Source of the DNA: Escherichia coli
GTDB lineage: Bacteria; Pseudomonadota; Gammaproteobacteria; Enterobacterales; Enterobacteriaceae
Reading direction: 5' to 3' (one strand)
NCBI RefSeq assembly: GCF_003334255.1
Contig: NZ_QOWU01000010.1
Length of the DNA: 64,000 nt
Shown: in pieces, positions 53,308 through 60,194 of the stretch
Layout: each line of letters opens with the position of its first letter
How positions within the stretch are numbered: the stretch's first letter is position 1
Notes under the pieces: generated by a model
Told to the model about the DNA's origin: nothing
Seen by the model: only the letters and a program-made list of their open reading frames with translations
Databases searched by the model: none
Translations under genes and position numbers: made by a program

Positions 53308-53747
53308 TGCCGTGGCAACCATTAAGACGATGCACAGAACCAGGCTGTAACAGGCGCGTGAAGTCCGGCAAGTGTGAGGAGCACAGGCGGGCGGCATGGC
53401 GTGCAGAGGATGCCAGACGAGGACACCGCCGCGCGCGTGGGTACTCCAGACAGTGGGACAAATACCGCGCCATGTATCTGAGTAAAAACCCGTTATGCGT
53501 GCGATGCCTTGAGAAGGGGATATATACGCCCGCCGTGGTGGTGGATCACATTATCCCGATTAATGGCGGTGATGATGTTCTCTTCTGGCCCGAATGGAAC
53601 CATCAGCCATTGTGCCAGGCGTGCCATAACCAGAAAACGAAATGGCTTGATCCGGCAACAAAAAGCAAGCGTGCCGCAGGTGGATTTCGTGAAGAGGAAG
53701 AACGGGCCGCTAACCGCAATAACTGGATGTATGACGCTGATGAATGA
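53307..53747 (+). CDS. HNH endonuclease (packaging-associated)
   Basis: 146 aa with CxxC..C Zn-finger-like motifs and the HNH core VVDHIIPINGGDDVLFWPEWNHQPLCQACHNQKT. It sits directly upstream of terS/terL, as in HNH-dependent cos phages. Confidence 0.85.
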   Translation: MPWQPLRRCTEPGCNRRVKSGKCEEHRRAAWRAEDARRGHRRARGYSRQWDKYRAMYLSKNPLCVRCLEKGIYTPAVVVDHIIPINGGDDVLFWPEWNHQPLCQACHNQKTKWLDPATKSKRAAGGFREEEERAANRNNWMYDADE

Positions 53748-53913
53748 GCGGGAACAAAACCGCCTTATCCGTGGACTTATAAGGCAGCGTGACGCATGGA
53801 AGACACAGGAAACAGGGCATAAAGATAAAGCGTCAGGACGCGCAGAACGCATCACAGCGAAGCGATTAACCGACCGTGACCGCGAGGTTATGGAATGTTT
53901 CCGCAATCGCTGA
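53731..53913 (+). CDS. Hypothetical small protein (60 aa) between HNH and terS
   Basis: The ATG at 53731 overlaps the HNH 3' end in another frame, giving MTLMNEREQNRLIRGLIRQRDAWK.... I recognise no family, and it could be spurious. Confidence 0.3.
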   Translation: MTLMNEREQNRLIRGLIRQRDAWKTQETGHKDKASGRAERITAKRLTDRDREVMECFRNR

Positions 53914-54035
53914 TGAGGCTGTATGACGGGGTGGGGGGCGTTTTCAGGACAAACCCGACCCCGCCGGGCACCGACCGCCTCCTCAAATTTTTATGCACGG
54001 GAATTTTTTGAAAAATAATCTGACGAAAAATAAGC
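53914..54035 (+). other. Candidate cos region (GC-rich block followed by an A/T tract) upstream of terS
   Basis: The sequence GACGGGGTGGGGGGCG...CCCGACCCCGCCGGGCACCGACCGCCTCC followed by CAAATTTTTATGCACGGGAATTTTTTGAAAAATAATC is non-coding. The position between HNH and terS is where HK97-like phages carry cos. Confidence 0.35.
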
Positions 54036-54392
54036 ATGGCAAGACCACCGAAAGCCCCCGCCTACCTGGATGACATCGCCGTGAAGCAGTGGCGGGAAAA
54101 ATCGCGGCAGCTTGCGGAACGGGGAGACCTGACCCCCGCCGACTGGAGCAATCTGGAACTGTATTGTGTCAACTACTCCATTTACCGGAAAGCCGTCGCA
54201 GACCTTGCGGCGCGCGGGTTCAGCATTGTTAACAGTCAGGGCGGCGAGAGCAGAAACCCCGCATTAAGCGCGAAATCAGACGCTGAAAGGGTGATGATAA
54301 AAATGGCCTCCTTGCTCGGTTTTGACCCGATAAGCCGCCGTAAAAACCCACCGGAAACAGAAGAAGAGGACGAGCTTGACCGCCTGGAATAA
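54036..54392 (+). CDS. terS: Terminase small subunit, P27 family
   Basis: 118 aa. MARPPKAPAYLDDIAVKQWREKSRQLAERGDLTPADWSNLELYCVNYSIYRKA...NPALSA....MIKMASLLGFDPISRRK matches the P27-family TerS pattern. Confidence 0.85.
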   Translation: MARPPKAPAYLDDIAVKQWREKSRQLAERGDLTPADWSNLELYCVNYSIYRKAVADLAARGFSIVNSQGGESRNPALSAKSDAERVMIKMASLLGFDPISRRKNPPETEEEDELDRLE

Positions 54393-56037
54393 GTACGCAG
54401 AAGACGTAAAAACGGGCAAAATTCAGGCCTGTAAACGGTTAAAACAGGCCGTTAAACGGTACTTTTCGGACCTTAAAAGCCCCCTTTACACGTTCGATCG
54501 TGAGGTTGTGGATCGGTTTATTGCCTTTTCCAGGGTGTGCCCGCACGTAAAAGGGCCGATGCGTGGCAGACCCATTGAGCTGGAGCCGTGGCAGCAGTTC
54601 GCCTTTGCGTGCATCCTCGGCTTTAAGGTTAAGGCCACCGGACGGCGCAAATATACGAGCGCCTTTATCGAAGTGCCGCGCAAAAATGCTAAATCAACGA
54701 CCGCCGCGATTCTGGCTAACTGGTTTCTGATTATGGAGAACGGTCAGCAGGATATTTACACCGCAGCGGTGAGCCGTGACCAGGCGAGGATCGTATTTGA
54801 TGATGCGCGTCAGATGTGCATTTTATCCCGACCGTTACGCAGGCGGGTGAATATTCAGGCGCATAAGGTGATACACCCGAAAACCAACAGCCTGTTAAAG
54901 CCGCTGGCAGCAAAAGCGGCAACTATCGAGGGCACAAACCCCAGTCTTTCTATCGTGGACGAATACCACCTACACCCCGACAACGGCGTATATTCTGCGC
55001 TTGAACTGGGGATGGGGGCACGTCCCGAAGGGCTGTTATTTGCCATTACCACATCGGGAAGTAACGTCGTTTCAGCCTGTAAGCAGCATTATGATTATTG
55101 CTGCCAGATCCTGGACGGCGAAGAGGTTAACGAATCGCTTTTTGTGCTGATTTACGAACTGGACGACGAAAACGAGGTTGATGATCCGGAGATGTGGATA
55201 AAGGCGAACCCTAATATCGATGTTTCCGTGGATCGTGAAAAACTGGCCTCAACCATTCAGAAAGCGCGGGGTATTCCGTCGCAATGGGTGGAGATGATGA
55301 CAAAGCGATTTAATATCTGGTGTCAGGGGACTACCCCGTGGATGGGTAATGGTGCATGGGCTGAGTGTGCCGGAACGTTCACGGAGGAAGATTTACACGG
55401 TCAGGAGTGTTACGCGGGGCTGGACTTATCATCAACCAGCGATATTTCCAGCGTGTGCTATGCCTTTCCGGTCGGTAAAACCATTATGATGATTTCCCGT
55501 CATTATCTGCCGGAGTTCCAGCTACAGAACCCCGCCAATAAAAACCGCGCTGTCTATCGTCAGTGGGCTAAAGCAGGCTGGATACGCACAACGCCTGGCG
55601 ACTGCATTGATTACGACCGGATCAGAGATGACATCATGCAGGACGCGGAGAAATTTAATATCAGGCTGGTGGGCTTTGATACGTGGAACGCCACGCATCT
55701 CAGAACGCAATTACAGGGGGCAGGTTTTGAGGTGGAGCCGTTCCCGCAAACCTACCTCAGATTCAGTCCGGCGGCGAAATCGTTCGAAGTTTTTGTTAAC
55801 CGCAGGGTGATTGTGCATCGTGGCGATCCGGTGTTGTCCTGGTCGATGAGTAACGTCGTGATGCAGAGTGACGCGAACGCCAATATCAAGCCGAACAAGA
55901 AAAAATCACCGAACAAGATAGACCCGAGCGTGGCGGCGCTGATGGCGTTTGGTACATTCCAGGCAGAGCATGAGGATTTTGCTTTTGATATAAGCGACAG
56001 CCACCGCCAGAAACTGGAAGAATTTAGCGGGGTGTAA
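54376..56037 (+). CDS. terL: Terminase large subunit (ATPase/nuclease)
   Basis: 553 aa with a TTG start 7 nt after GAGGA, overlapping the terS end. A Walker A-like VPRKNAKST, a DEYH Walker B/coupling motif (SIVDEYH) and a C-terminal nuclease-like region are present. The size and position are typical of TerL. Confidence 0.85.
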   Translation: MTAWNKYAEDVKTGKIQACKRLKQAVKRYFSDLKSPLYTFDREVVDRFIAFSRVCPHVKGPMRGRPIELEPWQQFAFACILGFKVKATGRRKYTSAFIEVPRKNAKSTTAAILANWFLIMENGQQDIYTAAVSRDQARIVFDDARQMCILSRPLRRRVNIQAHKVIHPKTNSLLKPLAAKAATIEGTNPSLSIVDEYHLHPDNGVYSALELGMGARPEGLLFAITTSGSNVVSACKQHYDYCCQILDGEEVNESLFVLIYELDDENEVDDPEMWIKANPNIDVSVDREKLASTIQKARGIPSQWVEMMTKRFNIWCQGTTPWMGNGAWAECAGTFTEEDLHGQECYAGLDLSSTSDISSVCYAFPVGKTIMMISRHYLPEFQLQNPANKNRAVYRQWAKAGWIRTTPGDCIDYDRIRDDIMQDAEKFNIRLVGFDTWNATHLRTQLQGAGFEVEPFPQTYLRFSPAAKSFEVFVNRRVIVHRGDPVLSWSMSNVVMQSDANANIKPNKKKSPNKIDPSVAALMAFGTFQAEHEDFAFDISDSHRQKLEEFSGV

Positions 56038-56050
56038 TGAGGTCAGCAGC

Positions 56051-56332
56051 ATGACAGAAGCCGAAATAACGGGATTAATCCGCCGCGTTGCCGGAATCAG
56101 CCAGCAGGCTGACGAACAGGCCACGCAGCCGGACAGCGTGACAGCCGAAAACTATGCGCGTGTTGTTGCTGAGGTGATGCGCCGTGATGGTATAGAACTT
56201 AATGGCGTGGATATGCGCAACATACGAACCAGAGTTCTTGAGTTGCTGGCCTACCGTCGCCGCGTGGAGATGTATCGGGAGAAGGAGAAAATAACGTACC
56301 ACTGGAAGAAGCCGGAGCGGTTGCGGCGGTAA
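56051..56332 (+). CDS. Hypothetical protein (93 aa) downstream of terL
   Basis: ORF starting MTEAEITGLIRRVAGISQQADEQ with a basic C-terminus. I recognise no family. Confidence 0.45.
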   Translation: MTEAEITGLIRRVAGISQQADEQATQPDSVTAENYARVVAEVMRRDGIELNGVDMRNIRTRVLELLAYRRRVEMYREKEKITYHWKKPERLRR

Positions 56333-56589
56333 CTGGTTGATATTCCCGACGGACCAAAAATGGGTGGCTACATCCCTCGCTTCTGAGGACTGTTAACAAG
56401 CTGCCTGAAAGACAGTCACAAACTACGAAATTTTCGCAGTTTAATTAATGATCAGCTTAATCGCTAACCCGCTGATATTTTCGGAAACCTCAATTTGAGG
56501 AAGTCGGCGCGGTAACTCGCTGAACTTTAAGCAAAGTGCAAAATTGCGCTTGCTGAATAATCATTATGATTACGCAGATGATTAAGGAA

Positions 56590-56890
56590 TGACCGAAGGC
56601 GGAAATTCGCCTGTGGTTAATGGGGGAGTTGCAGATCTGCAACTCGACCATGAAACTACGGAAACTACCCGTAGTTTGGGTAGTAAGAGTAACACCCAGA
56701 TTTTGGGTCTTACTCGTGATACCCAAATTTGGGGTATCAGTGGCAACCATAACGACTTTCGTTACGGTTGATGCTTTTACCCCATTGGGGGAAAGGTATT
56801 ACGATAATCATAACACCTACCGAACAGGTAAAGCCCACCAGCCTGATTAACGTTTAACCGGAAAAAAATTCCGGTAGGTGGGGATCCCCA
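56590..56890. other. Palindrome-dense non-coding segment (at least 8 consecutive perfect or near-perfect hairpins)
   Basis: GGCG/CGCC lies at about 56598-56611. GAGTTGCAGATCTGCAACTC is a perfect 20-bp palindrome at 56626-56645. AAACTACGG (56653-56661) pairs with CCGTAGTTT (56669-56677). Further elements are ACCCAGATTTTGGGT, GATACCCAAATTTGGGGTATC, AACCATAACGA/TCGTTACGGTT, ACCGGAA-aaaaa-TTCCGGT and TGGGGATCCCCA (56878-56889). Confidence 0.6.
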
Positions 56891-56968
56891 TATCGACATT
56901 AACGCCCCTCATGAATTGGTGCGCTTCCCCCTGGAAAGATGATCCGCCTGTATATTTCTTGTGTCTAT

Positions 56969-57028
56969 TTGTTCCACGTTGTTTCATACAGTGCACCGAA
57001 CGGTGTAGTCACTGGTGTAGTCATTTTG
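56969..57028 (+). promoter_or_regulatory. Right subterminal repeat block (TTGTTCCACGTTGTTTCA ... GGTGTAGTCAC-T-GGTGTAGTCAT)
   Basis: This is an imperfect direct copy of 42326-42395. The tandem 11-mers lie at 57002-57012 and 57014-57024. Confidence 0.55.
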
Positions 57029-57097
57029 CGATTTTTGGCACTTTTTGCGGTGAAAATTATTTAATTAAATCAACGTGTTATGTGAAATAAGTTATAT

Positions 57098-57106
57098 ATA
57101 ACAGCA
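57098..57106 (+). repeat. Right copy of the 9-bp junction direct repeat ATAACAGCA (attR core candidate)
   Basis: It is identical to 42232-42240, and the chromosome resumes here in the tqsA frame. Confidence 0.8.
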
Positions 57107-57234
57107 ATAAATAATGCGAGAATAAACGGCACGATGATCTCGGCGGCAAAACGGATACCGCAGAGAATAATGACCAGCATTCCCAACATAATGACGATTT
57201 TTAGGCCATTGAGCGTGATGATCGGCTTTGCCAT
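57098..57234 (-). pseudogene. tqsA: tqsA 5' fragment (codons 1 to about 46), with its native promoter side
   Basis: The minus-strand ATG at 57234 gives [46 protein letters not shown]. The frame then runs into island sequence (YNLFHITR, stop at about 57070). Confidence 0.88.
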
Positions 57235-57645
57235 GCTTGTCCCCGTTTTTTCTTCCTTTGCTAATAATAATGTCTTTTTCGCTCCGTCATCATAACGAAA
57301 ATCAAACCGCTCAGGTAAAGAAGTGAAAATATTTTGAGTTAATTCTTAAGCTATGATACAAATCAGGCGTGTTCAACTACCGAGGACAATTATCATCCGC
57401 GATGACGAGAAGCAACACTGCGGATAATTGTAATATTATGGACAATTTGTTCAGGACGTTATTTTCTACATTTACCCATCTTCGTACCTCATCCACTATC
57501 TTGCTCGTAGGTGAGCAGCACTGGCGCAACGCGCTTTAGTCCTTTCTTCTGCCAAAGCTTGCGCTATGCGCGGGGCTTGACCACTTTACTTTGGTTTCGC
57601 TGAATTAAGCGAAAATTAAAATAATTCTCTTGCAGGAGAAGGACA

Positions 57646-58011
57646 ATGTATATTTATTGGATTTTATTAGGTCTGGCTATTGCTACAGAAATTACCGGTA
57701 CGCTGTCAATGAAATGGGCGAGCGTCAGTGAGGGAAATGGCGGCTTTATTTTAATGCTGGTGATGATTTCTCTGTCGTATATATTTCTCTCTTTCGCCGT
57801 TAAAAAAATCGCCTTAGGCGTAGCTTATGCGCTGTGGGAAGGTATCGGTATTTTATTTATTACCTTGTTTAGCGTTTTGTTATTCGACGAAAGTTTATCG
57901 CTGATGAAAATTGCCGGGTTAACCACCCTGGTCGCCGGGATTGTGTTGATAAAATCAGGTACCCGTAAAGCGCGTAAACCTGAACTGGAGGTGAACCATG
58001 GCGCAGTTTGA
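57646..58011 (+). CDS. mdtJ: Spermidine exporter subunit (SMR family)
   Basis: 121-aa ORF starting [30 protein letters not shown], recognised as K-12 MdtJ. Confidence 0.95.
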
Positions 58012-58327
58012 ATGGGTTCACGCCGCCTGGCTGGCATTGGCAATCGTGCTGGAAATCGTTGCTAACGTCTTTTTGAAATTTTCTGACGGCTTTCGTCGCA
58101 AAATATTTGGCTTGCTCTCCCTGGCGGCGGTGCTGGCTGCCTTTAGTGCGCTTTCTCAAGCCGTTAAAGGGATCGACTTGTCTGTCGCTTATGCATTGTG
58201 GGGCGGGTTTGGTATTGCCGCCACGTTAGCCGCAGGTTGGATCTTGTTTGGTCAACGGTTAAATCGTAAAGGCTGGATTGGCCTGGTCTTGCTGTTGGCT
58301 GGAATGATCATGGTGAAACTTGCCTGA
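57998..58327 (+). CDS. mdtI: Spermidine exporter subunit (SMR family)
   Basis: 109-aa ORF starting [31 protein letters not shown], overlapping the mdtJ end. Confidence 0.95.
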
Positions 58328-58332
58328 TGAAG

Positions 58333-58361
58333 ACGCTGCCCGCGCTGTCGGGCAGCGTTTG
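58333..58361. terminator. Hairpin between convergent mdtI and ydgD
   Basis: ACGCTGCCCG (58333-58342) pairs with CGGGCAGCGT (58349-58358), followed by TTT. Confidence 0.7.
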
Positions 58362-58365
58362 AACA

Positions 58366-59187
58366 TTATTTTTGCGACAGTTGATCCAGCTTGTCGCGAA
58401 AACCGGTAACAGAAATGGCCCGGTTATCGGCGCGCCAGCGATCTTTCGCGGCAGGAGCCGAACTTTGCACCCCAATTAATTGCCAGCCGTCATCGGTATG
58501 CAACATCAGAGGCGAACCGCTGTCACCCGGCAAGGTATCGCACTGATGTGACATCACCGACGTTTGCGCCCAGCCAGTCACTTCACAGTTTTGATGACTG
58601 TACAACGTATCGAGATGATCTTCAGGGTAGCCTGCCTGAGTCACTTTACGACCTGCCGCTTTTAATGCGGCGGTAAGCGCGGCTTTATCTCCCTCAAATA
58701 ACGGCAACGGCGTAATGCCAGAAGGGGGATTACGTAGCACAATCAATCCGAAGTCCCACGGCGCGGCTGCGGGAGGTACAATCCAACCATCCCCATCTGC
58801 TTTTAACCGCTTTCCCAGTGTCGGATCAACGCGGCCTTCTATGTCGTGGATCTCATAGCGCCAAAGACCTTTATTTGACACAAAACGCAGCGCCACTGCT
58901 TTATCGGCTTTACCCTTTGGAGGTGTCAATAAACAGTGTCCTGCCGTTAATGCCAGATTGGGTGCAATCAGCGTCGCCGTACATAAATTGCCGCTGGCCG
59001 TTTCCAGTTGCCCAACCGCATCCCACGGTGATTGGGTCGTGTCATTCACTGGCACACGATCATCATGACCAAAAAACAGGGTGCTGACCTCATCGTTTGC
59101 CGATCTGGCAACGTCTGGTTTATCTGCAAACACAAAAGCAGACGTCAAACTAATTGCACCCAACACTACAGCAATGGTTGTACGCAT
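58366..59187 (-). CDS. ydgD: Secreted trypsin-like serine peptidase (S1 family)
   Basis: 273-aa ORF with a signal peptide, TAGHC (His) and GDSGSP (Ser) catalytic motifs, recognised as K-12 YdgD. Confidence 0.93.
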
Positions 59188-59286
59188 ATCACACTCTGGT
59201 GGGTAATTATGATTATTAAAAGCAAACCCTCATAAATACTATAGACGGGACGGGATGAAAGTGGGAGTAAAATCAGATAACTACAA

Positions 59287-59370
59287 TCAGGAAAGATAAA
59301 AACGGGCGGCAATCAGTGCGCATAAAATAAGGATGATCAGAATGAACTCAAAGCGATAACGGCCCACCAT
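59287..59370 (-). CDS. ydgU: Small hydrophobic protein YdgU (27 aa)
   Basis: The minus strand has GGAGGG, a spacer and an ATG at 59370, giving MVGRYRFEFILIILILCALIAARFYLS. This matches my memory of K-12 ydgU and its position between ydgD and asr. Confidence 0.6.
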   Translation of the reverse strand: MVGRYRFEFILIILILCALIAARFYLS

Positions 59371-59462
59371 ACTACCCTCCGCTAAAGGCGGTGCTAAACG
59401 TTACCCGCTTAGCACCGTAATTTTCAGGCGCGAGGGGGCGCGCCAGCATTACTGTTGAAAAC

Positions 59463-59771
59463 TTACGCTGCGGGTTGTGCAGCAGGTTTTGCCGGTTGCT
59501 GATGGCTGTGTTTCTTGGCGTGTTTCTTCGCTGCCTGCGCTTTTTGTTCAGGGGCTTTCTGTTCAGCTTTCGTATTTTTATGATGCTTTTTAGCCGCCTG
59601 CGCTTTCTGGGCAGGTGCTGCTTTATGCTGTTTTTTATGATGTGTAGTTTTCGCCGGCGCTGCTTTGGTGGTCGTCGCAGTCGGAGCAGGTGTGGTCGTA
59701 GTCTCTGCAGCAAAGGCGGCAGAAGACAGACCCATAGCAGCGGCAACAACCAGAGCTAATACTTTTTTCAT
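59463..59771 (-). CDS. asr: Acid shock protein
   Basis: Trimmed to [21 protein letters not shown] (102 aa). The mature part is Lys/His/Ala/Gln-rich and repetitive, and the protein is recognised as K-12 Asr. Confidence 0.9.
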   Translation of the reverse strand: MKKVLALVVAAAMGLSSAAFAAETTTTPAPTATTTKAAPAKTTHHKKQHKAAPAQKAQAAKKHHKNTKAEQKAPEQKAQAAKKHAKKHSHQQPAKPAAQPAA

Positions 59772-60194
59772 TGTCATACCCTCAATTTGTTTTTTCATTT
59801 AACCCCACTGCGGGGCCGTTGAAATAACTATATCCCTGGGAATGGCAGACTTCCGTGAGTGGTTGGTTTCAGCGTGTAACGATATGTACAAACGCTGAAT
59901 AAATTACAGCGTTGATAATAACGTATTGTGACTTAAGGAAAATTTAGCTACCAATAATAGTAGTCTTGATCGGGTTAACTATTTTACTACTTACAAAGCA
60001 GTAGAATAACTGCGCATCAGTAATAAATGACACACAGCAAAATGAATCCGTTTATTTGGGTACTTATAATCCTGATGACGCTAGACGCGCTGCGGGAATT
60101 GGCTGGCGCTTCGTCTATTTTAGGATGGCTATTAACGTTGGTTTGAGCTGGCAATAAGTCCGGACGGGTATTTACCGCAGTCCGGACTTATTTT

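Larger units (their letters stand above)
42241..57097 (+). mobile_element. Integrated phage satellite of about 14.86 kb: capsid-forming PICI-type island (integrase, AlpA, replication module and a head/packaging module; no tail or lysis genes)
   Basis: The block is absent from the K-12 gene order, bounded by 9-bp direct repeats and splits tqsA. Its gene content is annotated individually below. Confidence 0.85.

Noticed and set aside
56490-57090. ORFs of 60-86 aa on both strands (56490-56750 -, 56589-56771 +, 56620-56850 +, 56878-57090 +)
   Set aside because: They overlap one another within the palindromic region, lack SD sequences, and their openness on both strands is a by-product of dyad symmetry. 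I treat the region as non-coding.
42241-57097. Interpreting the island as an intact or degraded HK97-like prophage
   Set aside because: It is too small (14.9 kb). It has no tail, lysis or CI/Cro-type immunity genes, and both flanks are core chromosome. The int-alpA-primase-iteron left half is satellite-like rather than phage-like.
42241-57097. Interpreting the island as a P4-type satellite
   Set aside because: The integrase, AlpA, Icd-like and primase genes are P4-like. However, P4 carries sid, psu and delta to remodel helper capsids and has no capsid, portal or terminase genes, whereas this element encodes its own.
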